Source: Eledone cirrhosa (lineage: Eukaryota). Taken from it: a stretch of DNA of 34,350 nt. Position numbers and translations under genes: made by a program. Position 1 is the first letter of the stretch, and every line of letters begins with the position of its first letter. Positions 1 to 12,656 of this stretch are shown piece after piece. The notes beneath the pieces were generated by a model. The model was not told the DNA's origin. It worked only from the letters and a program-made list of their open reading frames with translations, and made no database searches. The stretch is from assembly GCA_964016885.1 (NCBI GenBank), contig CAXHJY010001244.1, forward strand, positions 1-34,350, written 5' to 3'.

Positions 1-359
1 GGTGTATATATGTAACTTCTTCACACTGTGCTTCTATAACCATGTATGTGTATGTGTGTCTGTACGCATGAGTGAGTATGTTACATGTTTATGCCTATGA
101 ATATGTGTGTGTGTGTATTACATGTGATTCTATTACATGTGTGCAAGTGTGTGCAAGTGTGTATTACAAGTGTGTGTGTGTGTATTACAAGTGTGTGAGT
201 GTGTGTGTGTGTATATCACACATGTGTGAGTGTGTGTGTGTGTATCTTCTTCATTGCACTGTCACTATAATTATGTCTGCATTACATGTTTGTGCATACA
301 TGTGTAAGATATGTGTGTATGTATGTGTGTATGTATGTATGTATGTATGTATGTATGTA

Positions 360-411
<52 letters not shown>

Positions 412-1415
412 CATGTCTCTTCTCCATTAAACTGTCACTATAATCGTGAGTATGTTACATGTTTGTTCATACATGTGTGTAAGAGTATGTGTGTTACATG
501 TGTGTAAGTGTATGTGTGTATGTACATTCATGTGTGTTAGTGTATGTGTTACATGAGTGTAAGTGTATGTGTGTATGTACATTCATGTGTGTTAGTGTAT
601 GTGTTACATGAGTGTAAGTGTATGTGTGTATGTACATACATGTGTGTAAAGATATGTGTCTATGTACATACATGTGTGTAAGTGTATGTGTTACATGAGT
701 GTAAGTGTATGTGTGTATGTACATTCATGTGTGTTAGTGTATGTGTTACATGAGTGTAAGTGTATGTGTGTATGTACATACATGTGTGTTAGTGTATGTG
801 TTACATGAGTGTAAGTGTATGTGTGTATGTACATACATGTGTGTAAAGATATGTGTCTATGTACATACATGTGTGTAAGTGTATGTGTTACATGAGTGTA
901 AGTGTATGTGTCTATGTACATTCATGTGTGTTAGTGTATGTGTTACATGAGTGTAAGTGTATGTGTGTATGTACATACATGTGTGTAAGTGTATGTGTTA
1001 CATGTGTGTAAGTGTATGTGTGTATGTACATTCATGTGTGTTAGTGTATGTGTTACATGAGTGTAAGTGTATGTGTGTATGTACATTCATGTGTGTTAGT
1101 GTATGTGTTACATGAGTGTAAGTGTATGTGTGTATGTACATTCATGTGTGTTAGTGTATGTGTTACATGAGTGTAAGTGTATGTGTGTATGTACATACAT
1201 GTGTGTAAAGATATGTGTCTATGTACATACATGTGTGTAAGTGTATGTGTGTATGTACATACATGTGTGTAAAGATATGTGTCTATGTACATACATGTGT
1301 GTAAGTGTATGTGTGTACGTACATACATGTGTGTAAAGGTATGTGTCTATGTACATACATGTGTGTAAGTGTATGTGTTACATGTGTGTAAGTGTATGTG
1401 TGTATGTGTGTTACA
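1..1415. repeat. TG-rich micro/minisatellite: (TG)n, (TATG)n and a composite ~55-bp unit array (~490-1410)
   Basis: Unit tgtatgtgttacatgagtgtaagtgtatgtgtgtatgtacattcatgtgtgttag recurs (541, 596 ...) with 23- and 32-bp sub-units shuffled. Confidence 0.95.
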
Positions 1416-2036
1416 CATGTTCGTGAATGTGTATTCTTGTGTCTTCTGCTTCATACCACCACCATAGCCATGGAAATGGCTAAAATTATCTCTTTGTCAG
1501 TGCAACATTATGTTCATCTCATTTTGTCTTTTCCAGTCAACAAATACATTTCACGGCTTTCCAGGAATATTTATTTACTGAAATTCTTTTGAAGTCTCTA
1601 TCATTTCCTTCTTTTAACTCTTTTCACTGTGTCAACCAAATGTAAAAAGAAAATATTTCTGAAGGGCTTACTTACAGCTACGATTTCTTTTAAAGTTGAC
1701 AGAGATAAGAGAACTTTGCAGAAATGCTGAATTTCTTCAAATAAATTTCTTTTCCTCACATCAAACAGTTGGGTAATAAAGTAGGAAAGGAAAATTAACG
1801 ATGATAGAAAAAAGCGTTTTTGGTTGAGGAAATTTTACCTCCAAGAAACCGTTCTAAAGAATGAGCAATTTGAAACTTTCATCTCATTCTTCGTTATATA
1901 ATCATAAACTAGTTCCTACTGATTGACACCCCATGTAAGTGTCTTCCTACATAGCCAGGGGTCAACCAAATGTCTTCATGGACGAAATTTGGTTGAAAAG
2001 AACTTTGTAGAATGCTGTTATGTTTGTATGTGTGTG

Positions 2037-2099
<63 letters not shown>

Positions 2100-2119
2100 T
2101 TCGATTTTACTAACTTCCA

Positions 2120-2199
<80 letters not shown>

Positions 2200-2501
2200 A
2201 TTGGTGTTGGATGTTTAAAGCGTCCGTATGCGGTAGGCCGTATGAGCACTCAATGCCCTCGTAGAGCAGAGTATGATATCACAGGAAAAAGAGAATCAGT
2301 GTTGCGACGAAAGGAATTTATTGGACATATTACAATTGTTTCTCGGGCAACCAGCTCGAGGCACGATCGATATGGTGATCAAACCGGACTCTGAAATCGC
2401 GCGGTCCTCGGATACGTCTCGATTCTATGAAGCAGATTTTCCTGTGTGTGTGTGTACATATATATATATATATATAAACACACACACACACATATACACA
2501 C

Positions 2502-2532
<31 letters not shown>

Positions 2533-2633
2533 TACACATACACACACACACACATGTAAACTTATGTCAAAAAACTCTATTTAAGGTTGTATAAGTCAGA
2601 CAGACTAAAATAAGGTCACACACATATAAATGT

Positions 2634-2731
2634 CTCCCTACCATGGTTTCAAAAGCGAAAGAAACAATAGCAGGTATTTTAAATCATTGGAATAACCAAC
2701 ACTAGAATAATTTGTTTTTTTCTTCAGGGGG
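2634..2731 (-). ncRNA. Type I hammerhead ribozyme motif, long degenerate helix II
   Basis: Minus strand: cccc-CUGAAGA-[70 nt, aaaa...uuuu base]-GAAA-CCAUGG-UA-gggag. Palindromic helix III ACCAUGGU, GUA site, helix I only 3-4 bp. Confidence 0.6.
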
Positions 2732-3166
2732 TATTCTTTGGAAAAACTGGAGATATTGATCATGAAGTATACAGATCATTTTGTTGCCAAAACTGCATGC
2801 TGTCCAACACATTGCTTTGTTGAACTACTAAATAAACAAATTTCTCTATATATATATTAGAACAATCTGATGAGCTTATAATGTTGCTAGAAATAGCAGC
2901 CAAAAAAACCGTCTAAATCAACTCTACATTAAAGGAGTTTTAAATATTAATTAAAAGATTATTTGTCTCTATTACTTTGACATCTCGATTAATTGATAAA
3001 ATATACAGATAAGATATCACTGAGAGAAGCAATTTTACAAATTCAACTTATGCCAAAAAACTCTATTTAGGAGAGTATAAGTCAAACAGACATGCTTAAT
3101 TTTTTTCTCTTCTGCTCCCTTCCTTACAAAGTATACTTGTCACCTATTATCATCATCATCATTTAC

Positions 3167-3368
3167 CCCTTTAGCCATTAAACCGGCCATATCCAGCCAG
3201 AATTCTCTCACCTCTTTCTGTTCAAACCAGCCATAACCAGCCACTCATACTAACATTAAGGCATTGTTCTCAATAATAACATCATTAAAATCTCATAGAT
3301 TCCATATTATGTGAGGTAATTATGTAAGATTACCATGAAAATATAATAGTAATGTAAATGCTAAAGGG
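3167..3368. mobile_element. piggyBac-type non-autonomous MITE nested in an RTE-type SINE tail
   Basis: TIRs ccctttagc(c)att / aatgctaaaggg. Right flank TTAA, left ttac (degenerate TTAA). Interrupts catcatcatt|taatatctgctctccctgctagcaagggt. Confidence 0.7.
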
Positions 3369-3564
3369 TTAATATCTGCTCTCCCTGCTAGCAAGGGTTT
3401 GACCAAGTCAGTACTGAAGTGAAGTTTCTGACAGGCCAAGTAGTCTACATCCTGTTTACATATGGTCCATGCTCTACTTCACATCAGATCATCTTTGGAT
3501 GATTCCAGTAGCATATGTTTGTTTTATAAGTTGTTGCTAGTCCTGCATTCAACACTCTTCCTAA

Positions 3565-3785
3565 ACAATCAAACAAATAAACAAGCAGGCATACAGGCAA
3601 GCATACATTCACACAAACACACACACACATACACACACACACACACACACGCACACACACACATAGACATACAAACACATACAGACTGACAAGCAGGCAG
3701 ACAAACATACAGACGGGCAAGCAGACAGACAAACAGACAGGCAGACAGACAGACAGGCAGACAGACAGGCAGGCAGACAGACAAA
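3565..3785. repeat. (CAAA)/(CA)n/(GACA/GGCA)n microsatellite, left flank of LINE
   Basis: Direct reading; the same tetranucleotide tract resumes at 7097-7225. Confidence 0.9.
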
Positions 3786-3789
3786 TGTC

Positions 3790-6700
3790 TGTTTATTTGC
3801 CACTAGGGCACAAAAGAAAGGGACATGTACATGGGTGGGGGGAGTTTACATAAAAATCGAGTAAGAAAAATGTAATAAGTAAAATTTTAACAAGAAGGTC
3901 CTCAATAGGGAGGGATCGTTTTGGGGTCACACACACCCTCGAAAAAAATGTGCGACCCTTCTCCACGGGAGCACAAAGAGAGGGTGCTCCCTTCTTCCTT
4001 TTCCACCTACAGGCTGAGGTAGAGAGAAGGCCCATTCACACGAGCCATTCTCGCAACTTTCACCCACCTTTCATAAAACTGGCTGGAGTGGAGCACCTCT
4101 CTCTCCATCCTGATCCTTCTTCCGAAATGGTATCGAAAGAAAAGGACCAGTTGTTGGCCGGAGAGAAAGGTGTCCGACCTCAGCCCTTTCAGACGCGTCC
4201 ATCATATAACCTCTTTTACCATGGCTATTACACAGAGGAAGACCGCCTCTCCTTCATTTTTGAAAGGGGGAGGTGGCTTGATCGTTACAATGGACTCGGT
4301 GGTCAACCTAATTGGTCCCACTCGTGACAGCAGTTGTTCTACATAGCCCCACAGATCGGCAACGCCCGGGCAGTGCACCAATGCGTGCGCGACGGTTTCC
4401 TCGTTGCGCACGCATCTGGGACAGATCTTTTTCGAGGGGTCCCTACCCGGGCGCCCGTGTCTGTAGAGCTTATCCCGAACGGGCAGAGCCCCTCGGTAGC
4501 ACTGCCAGGCCAAGGACTTCTGGAAGTTGTCCATAGGTCCCGGGCCGAAAGTCCTACTGAATAGACTGGCCAGTTCGTCCTCCTCCATGCCTAGGGCTTC
4601 TCCGAGGGCGTCGTCGCACCTGCTAACCACCAGCCCTCTATAGAATGACGAGGTGGAGTCTCCGTCGATAGCCGGGTCCGCCTGCCAGAGAGCCGTGAGC
4701 GCCTGGGCACACTCGGTGTGCCAGTCGCCCAGTTTTCTCGGTCTTTGCTTCACCCAGGACTGCAGCTCGGTGAGCGAGACGAGCCTCGGGAAGGCTCGCC
4801 TCACAAACGGGGCCCACACCGGTTGACCGGTGAGGAATACCTGGAGGTGCCTTAGCCTCAATGCGTGTTTACGCATTTTTAGCCAAGGCATCCCCAGCCC
4901 TCCTTTCAAAGGGTGTTGATAGCAGATGGATCTCTGCACCAGAGGAGACCTCTTCTTCCAAAGGAAATAAAAGAGGGCGCGCTCCATTTTGGCGAGGATC
5001 TCACTCGGGCAAGGCACGACAGTCAAGCGGTAATAGATGACGGACGCTATGTAAGCGTGCGCCACCTCCGCCCGACCTTTCAGGGATAGTTTGCACTCGG
5101 CCCACTTCTGGGTCAGTACAAACACTCTATTCGTCACCTCACCCCAGTTTTTCTCCACCTGGAGGTCCGGTCCGAACCAGACCCCAAGCAACTTCACTTT
5201 GCCCCTCCACTCGCCAAGTTGCAAAGCGACTGACTTGTCCCGGTTCAGCTTATCCCCTGTCAACCTTTCGTCCAGTAAGGTGCCGATTGCCTCGATTTCC
5301 GCGGTGGTCGACACCATAACTGTTACGTCATCGGCGTAGGCCGAGACCGCTTTGCGCAATCCCGGTTCCAAAGGGATGCCCTGCAACAACTCCAACTTCC
5401 GCAGTAGTGGCTCGAGAGCCAATACATACAGAAGGGAGGAGAGAGGGCACCCCTGTCGGATGGAGCAGGTGATTTCGAACGGCTCCGAGAGGTAGCTGTT
5501 CACCTTGACTCTAGAGCAGATACAGCTGCTGTGCATGGCAGTGATCCAGCCCCTGAAAACGGGTCCGAACCCAGCCGCCGCTAGCACCGCATCCAGTTAA
5601 CCATGGTCCACCCTATCAAACGCTTTAGACTGATCTAAATTTATCAGGGCCCCACCAAAGCCGGATTCGTTCCCAACCCTCGCTATGATGTATCACATGA
5701 GGTGGAGGTTGTCGTGGATGGACCTGGACGGGATAGCGCATGTCTGCGCATCTCCCACCAGGCCCCCCACGACAAGCGCCAACCTCTTCGCTAACACCTT
5801 GGCCAAAATCTTTAACTTTGCATTTAGCAGAGTTATGGGCCTAAAATTACTAATGTCATCCCCCTTGTTCTCGTCCTTCCTCACTAGTGAGACTACGCCC
5901 TTGGTCACAGAACAGGGAATTCTCCCGTTCTGTTGCCAGTTGCAGTAGACCGCCTCGAGGAGATCGGGGAACAAGTCCGGCATATTAATATATAGTTCGT
6001 AGGGCAGACCATCGAGCCCTGGAGATTTGCGTTTGCCGCATAGGCTCAGCACGTCCCCTATTTCAGCAGCTGAGATCGGCCCGTCGCAGGACCTCGCCTC
6101 CTTGTCCGAAAGACGCGGCAGGCCGTCGCGGCATGGACCGAAACCCACATCTCCAACCGGCCCCCCGCCCTTCCGAACAATCGGGCAAAGTGCCTTTGAA
6201 AGGCCTCGCACATTTGCTTAGGTTCAAGGATCACCCGTCCATCCTGGTCTCGCAAAGACCGGATAGTGGATTTAATCCCACTTTTCGCTTCTGTCATGCA
6301 GGCCCAGCTAACAGCTTTGGTCCCCTCGTTTCCCAGAGCACGTATTTTGCTTCGGACAACGCAGCCTTCGTGTTTCGCGTCGAAGAACTGGTTCAAGGCC
6401 GTTCTCGACGCTTGCACTCTGGCCACGTTGCCGCTTCTCATTGCCTCTTCAACATTAACTACCAACTCCCTTTCCTTCCTATTTCTATCTGAGGCTAACT
6501 CCTTACTAACTCCTATTGAAACTATTCTAATCTCTCTTTTTAGAGAGCCCCACCACCTGCTGTTGACGATGGCGCCCGTCAACCGCTCCTTAACTAAGGT
6601 TCTAATCCGGTCTCTGTAAGCTCTACTTGCCGGTAAGGACAAGTTGAGCTTCCAGTAACCGGGTCCCTGCCTATGCATTCTATCAAGGTGGACTATGCAG

Positions 6701-7096
6701 GTCACTAACTTGTGGTCTGAATAGCCCACCATGAGCATTTCTGGACAACTTAAAAAGTCCCTATCCTTAATTCTAACTAAGAACCTATTTAGGTACGATC
6801 TAGATTGACCACTGTTATTTGACCAAGTCCAGGTTGGCACAGTCGGAAAATCTAGTCGGTATCTATCGGCCAGGTCAAATCGGCCGATTAACCCCTTGAG
6901 GCTGTTACACCCCCCTCTATCGAGACATGCCCCATACATAGTCCCAACGTGCATCTAGGATACCATTCCAGTCCCCCACTAAAAGTAAGGAGCGGGACGT
7001 CCCTAGAAAAGTCTCCAGACGATGGAAGAAGTCCGACCGCATTGCCCCAAAAGGGGCGCATACGGCGACAAGCCTAAAAGCTTCGCCTTCACCATT
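3790..7096 (-). mobile_element. 5'-truncated non-LTR retrotransposon, Tx1/L1 clade (APE-RT-zf-RVT ORF2), disrupted
   Basis: APE motifs LLVGDWNGILD, TWTW..SRSYLNRFL, SDHKLV, GPGYWKLN. RT motifs KSPGLDGLPYELY, NFRPITLLN, LDQSKAFDRVDH, QGCPLS, YADD, GGLG. CPRC..ETVAHALVHC finger; 3' UTR with AATAAA near 3791-3796 (-). Confidence 0.93.
4202..7096 (-). pseudogene. Frameshifted ORF2 (endonuclease-reverse transcriptase) of the Tx1/L1-like element
   Basis: Homologous segments split over ORFs 6917-7189, 6058-6954, 5693-6211 and 4202-5587, i.e. several frameshifts or stops. Confidence 0.9.
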
Positions 7097-7734
7097 GGCA
7101 GGCAAGTAGACAGACAAGCATGCAGATAGACATACATACAGACAGGCAGACGTGCAGGCAGTCAGGCAGATGGACTGACAGACAGACATACAGAGAGAAA
7201 GACAAGCAGGTAGGCAGACAGACTAGTCCATTGGAAGTTTAGTGTGTCTTCACCAAGGAGGGAGGAGAATATAGAGAATTAGTGATGAGATACCAAAAAT
7301 TGGTATTGTCACTTTTAATCAAAGACTTCATTGATTTGTCCATCTTCTACTGTCTATGTATTTCATAATGGATATTGAATATTGAATATTGGATAATGGC
7401 TATTGGTTATTGAATAATGAGTATTGAGCAGTGATATATCTATATATCTACCATATACTCACATTTAACAAAAGTCAAATAACATTATCAATATCATTTT
7501 ACAGTTATATTTTCCAAGATGGCTTCCAAGATGGCTAAAGGTGATGGAATAGGAAGTGAAAGGCATACGTGTGTGTGCGTGTGTGTATATACACACACAC
7601 ACACTAATTTAAGGTATCACAACATATATATGTATGATGCTTGTGTTTCTCAATAAAAAGCTCAATGGACATATCTTCCTAAATATTATGTGCTTTAAGT
7701 ATATACAAAATACTGTTTCTCAAACGATATATGG

Positions 7735-7823
<89 letters not shown>

Positions 7824-7860
7824 AAAGAATAGAGGTGTAACACACAAGTTATTATATATT

Positions 7861-8246
7861 GGTAAACGGAATAGAAAATGCTGACAAATTGTTCACAGTT
7901 GAAAAATGGTTTAATTAGGAATAAAAGAGTATTAGTGATTGTATGGGTTAGTATTCAGTTGTGGTTTTAAGTTTTTAAGTTTTTACCGGTTGAGCATTTC
8001 TAAATGCTTTTCAAAAATAATTTTGAGATAGTGTCCGTGCTGTTTGCTCTGATCAGAGCAAACAGCACGGACACTCTATCTCAAAATTATTTTTGAAAAG
8101 CATTTAGAAATGCTCAACCGGTAAAAACTTAAAAACTTAAAACCACAACTGAATACTAACTCATACAATCACTAATACTCTTTTATTCCTAATTAAACCA
8201 TTTTTCAACTGTGAACAATTTGTCAGCATTTTCTATTCCGTTTACC
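7861..8246. repeat. ~386-bp near-perfect loopless palindrome
   Basis: Centre ctctga|tcagag (8052/8053). Arms differ by one substitution and a 2-bp indel; flanked by (TA)n. Confidence 0.97.
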
Positions 8247-8424
8247 AATATATATATATATATATATATATGTATGCATATATCTTTTAATTTGAAAACC
8301 ACCCTAATATATATATGCACCCTAAATATATATGCATGGAGATATGATATGTCAAATAAAATTGTAGATATGATACGTCAAAGAAATTGAAGAGAGACTG
8401 TGTTGTTATTATATCATGACTCAT

Positions 8425-8543
8425 ACACTGTTCATTTTCCTGACATTTGTACATTATTCTATGTACTATACATGCACCTTTGATGAGTTGTAGTTCACCT
8501 GAGCACTGTACACAATAATTTCATTATTATTATTATTATTATT
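8425..8543 (+). mobile_element. 3' tail of a dispersed LINE-like repeat (CR1/L2-like) with (ATT)n end
   Basis: acatttgtacattatt..tatgtactatacatgcacctttgatgagttgtag..cacctgag.actgtacacaataattt is nearly identical at 24386-24472. Clade assignment is inference. Confidence 0.6.
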
Positions 8544-8919
8544 ACACTCTCTTCTGTAATCAGTAAAGTAATGCATGATATATTTAAAAAAGACAATATT
8601 ATATATAAACTGCATGAAAAATTAGCGACAGAGATATAAATATCATATAACTATGCAAATATATAAGTTTTTATATAAGTGATGCAATATAGCTTATGGA
8701 TGCTAATCAGAAGTGTAGACATTTGAAAATTTTAAAGAAGTGAATCTTAAAATAAGCAATACATTATATATAAGAATATATGTGTTTAAACAACAGCTAC
8801 AAAATTTAGTAGACAAATTACATAATATGCATTCATAATTTATTCAAAGTAATCCAACTTATTTTAATAACATGTCCAGAAAAAATATCCCTGACACAGC
8901 CTCGCAGACCCCCAATCAT

Positions 8920-8989
<70 letters not shown>

Positions 8990-9362
8990 GGTGGGGGTGA
9001 TGGAGACAATAGTGGAAAAATGTAGTTGTTTGTCATGGGAGCCACAAGGCTAATCCCTGCTTTAGCAAGGAAAACAGACTTAAAATGTTAGTTGTTGTTG
9101 TTGTTGGTATAGGTTGGACAAGTCATCATAGACGACTTAGTTGGAGTTACTGTCCTTTTCAAATAGGTATACATCTAACGTTTTTTAAACTGTGTCTATA
9201 TCAATTATGGTTTAGTTCTATCATGTCTTCCTAAACTGGGACATCAAAGGAAACTATCTAAAAGAACAAAACATTGATTTAACGTTGGAACTAATGAACC
9301 AAGTATAAGAAAAATAATATTGAATGGTGCCTGGCCAGTTGTTAGGTGACATCAGAGCAGCA

Positions 9363-9364
<2 letters not shown>

Positions 9365-9439
<75 letters not shown>

Positions 9440-9668
9440 TATATATACACACACACATATATATATACACACACACACACACACATATATATACACACAC
9501 ACACATATATATACACACACACACATATATATATATACACACACATATATATATATACACACACACATATATATATATATACACACACATATATATATAT
9601 ATATATATACACACACATATATATATATACACACACACACACATATATATATATACACACACACACAC

Positions 9669-9699
<31 letters not shown>

Positions 9700-9704
9700 T
9701 ATAT

Positions 9705-9735
<31 letters not shown>

Positions 9736-9895
9736 CACACACACATATATATATATACACACACACATATATATATATATATACACACATATATATATAT
9801 ACACACACACATATGTATATATATATATACACACACACATATATATATATTTTTATACACACACACACATATATATATATATACATATATATATT
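9365..9895. repeat. Compound (TA)n(CA)n microsatellite
   Basis: Direct reading. Confidence 0.97.
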
Positions 9896-9921
9896 ATATT
9901 AATGTATAATAAACAATACAA

Positions 9922-9993
9922 TACCTCATTACCAGAGGTTTCCCGAATAAGACGAACACAAGAAACGTCCTCATTCGTTCGTCAGACAAGGCA
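9922..9993 (-). ncRNA. Type I hammerhead ribozyme motif
   Basis: Minus: ugccuugu-CUGACGA-a-cgaaugaggacg..cgucuuauucg-g-GAAA-CC-ucu-GG-UA-augaggua. 8-bp helix I with G-U pairs, ~11-bp helix II, GUA site. Confidence 0.75.
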
Positions 9994-11300
9994 ATTTAAA
10001 ACAGTGAAATATTTGAAAAATCTCCTCAAAAATGTAAAAGTTTAACAGGCAAAAAAAATATATAAATAAAAGTAATGTAAGAGATATATAAAAAATAAAA
10101 TAAGGAAATATAGTAAGGGTATGTGTATAAATGTGTGTATATACACCTACAAATGTACATATGTGTGTATGTGCAAATGCATGTGTATAGTGAAAAAATG
10201 TGGGCATAAGTACATACATGAGGGCAAGCATATCAGTGTATGTATGACCACAAATGCGTATATAATATATTTTGAAAAAAGAAATGTAAGATAATAGAGT
10301 TAGCGTACATCCAGACTCAGGGACTAAGGATTGAAATATATACACATACAAGTATGAAAGCACGCGTATAAACATACACACACACGCAACCACATACATG
10401 TATGTGATATACAGGGAAGGGAATGTATCAGTCAAAGCAGTGTCAGGCTGAAGGTCGATACATATATAAAAAAATATAAAATATGAAAATGAAAAAATAT
10501 ATGAGAATAAAAAAATTAAATCAAAGAGGGAGGGGATATCAATTATAAAGTAACACTAGAAAAAATAGAAAACATAGAGAGGTTCGTACACACACATATA
10601 TATATATATAAAAATATATATATAAATACGTACAGACAAAAGCACATACATGCGTACATACATACAAAAGCACGCATACATACACACGAAGCACATATAT
10701 ATACATACATATACATCTAATCACACGCACACGACCATATATATATATACATATATATATACATATATACATATATATATATACATATACACACACACAC
10801 ACATATATAAGTATGTAAAAAAACATAGATATAAAAACACACATACACACACATATACACATACACGCGCACATACGAATGCATTCGTATACATATACAA
10901 ACACGTATACACAGATATGCACACTTACACGCATACATACAGTATAAAAACCAGCCATATGAATAAATGAGTACAAATTATACGCAAGTAAACATACATA
11001 AAAGCGGCTGAGGGACAACAGAATATATCTGGTGTTGAAAAAGCAAGTGACATGTGATGTCAGGTAGTGAAAGAAAAGGGGGAAGTAAAATATGTAAAAT
11101 TGTGAAGATATAAAGTGAATCAAAAAGCAGGGGGGGGGGTCACTGGTGGATGTGAAGTAAAAATAAAGTTAAAAATAAATATATATATATTATATACACC
11201 CCCCACACACACATATATATATATATATATCATATATATATTACATACATATACACATACATATGTATATATATATATATATATTATATATACACACACG

Positions 11301-11331
<31 letters not shown>

Positions 11332-11877
11332 CACTGAGTTAATGTTGATACGTTGGAATGAAATATCAAAAGACCAGCATTGAATGATACCCAGTCAGAG
11401 ATGGTGCCAAGTCAGCTGACATCAGAGCAGCAGAAAATATTTTTTTTTAAATAATAATAAATGAAGCAAACAAAACATATGGTAAAGACAACTTGAAGCA
11501 GGAATTGGACATTTTATAGAAATAATACTGTGTTAAGATAAAGTTTTTCTTTCTATAAGACGTTGCCATGGCAACAAGCTGATTCTTGCTAGTTATATTT
11601 CAAAAAGGATGAAAACGAAAAAGAAGAAAAAAAATGCAATATTCCAATATTCCATTATACATAATGAAATTTGAGGAAGAAAATTGATAAAGTAAAAATG
11701 TAAAAATATCTAAATGTGCTTCTGGCTGAAAGGGGGTGATGGTCTTAATTATCTGGCTGACTGAATTTAGGTTGACTTGGTACAAATGGAAGATTTTTTA
11801 CTGTTCTGGTGAGAAATATTCCATTAATTAATGATATTATTGTTTGCTAAGAAGTGTCGTCTGTCTATGATAAAATG

Positions 11878-11943
<66 letters not shown>

Positions 11944-11974
11944 TCATCATCATCATCATCATATATATATATAT

Positions 11975-12027
11975 AATTGTTTCTACTTTAGGCACAAGGC
12001 CAGCAATTACCCAGTGCATTACTGGTA
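11975..12027 (-). mobile_element. 3' fragment of SINE family B
   Basis: ataattgtttctactttaggcacaaggccagcaattacccagt matches 23948-24000. Confidence 0.8.
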
Positions 12028-12099
12028 CTATATATATAATGCTATCTGGGGATGGTATATATGTAGTGTTGTTTATGGATGATGTGTGTGTGTATATAT

Positions 12100-12430
12100 C
12101 ATCATCATCATCATCATCATTTTACGTCCGCTTTTCCCTGCTTGCAAGGGTGGGACGGGAACTGATTCTGGCTTGATTTCTACAGCTGGATACCCTTCCT
12201 AACACCAACCTTTCAGTGAGTGCTGGGTGCTTTTTTTTTCCGTGGCACCTACACATCCACTTTACAGTGTGGGCTGGGTGTTTTTTTGCCATGGCACCTC
12301 CACGACCACTTTGCAGTGGAATGATAGGGACCCCAGTCCCTATCATCTCATTTCTACAGCTGAGTAAACTGGAGCAATGTGAAATAAAGTGTCTTGCTCA
12401 AGGACACAACACATCACCCGGTCTGAGAAT
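12100..12430 (-). mobile_element. tRNA-derived CORE-type SINE family A with RTE-like tail (5' end clipped)
   Basis: Reverse complement of 18945-19222, with an extra internal ~47-bp repeat and (GAT)n tail. Confidence 0.88.
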
Positions 12431-12454
12431 ATATATATATATATGTATATCAGA

Positions 12455-12645
12455 ATGATGCAATAAAAACCAGCCAAACCATTACTCACCAGAGTACTCG
12501 ATACTTGGGGTAGTAGTGAGTAATATGAAAAATTTGGGACCCTGATGGCTGAGTTCCTGCCGTTTCAACAGCTAGATCTAAATGGTTCTGACCTAGATGT
12601 TGAAACGCCAGGAGTTCAGCCGTCGGGGTCCCAAATTTTTCATAT
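12455..12645. mobile_element. Foldback element in (TA)n carrying duplicated 3' half of a hammerhead
   Basis: Imperfect inverted repeat 12523-12645. Unique arm accattactcaccagagtactcgatacttggggtagtag is homologous to rc of 20220-20266. Confidence 0.7.
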
Positions 12646-12656
12646 ATATATATATG

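Noticed and set aside
1795-1895. Hairpins after acgatga (tagaa..ttcta; agaatgag..ctcattct)
   Set aside because: No intact hammerhead core or GAAA in register
2868-2900. CTGATGA...GAAA on plus strand
   Set aside because: No helix III/NUH or helix I pairing; the downstream part matches another repeat (rc near 16030-16050)
7495-7550. Acceptor-like ttttacag, tandem ttccaagatggc (YY1-like) and mini-ORF MASKMAK
   Set aside because: Weak donor, no partner exons; explained by a 12-bp tandem duplication
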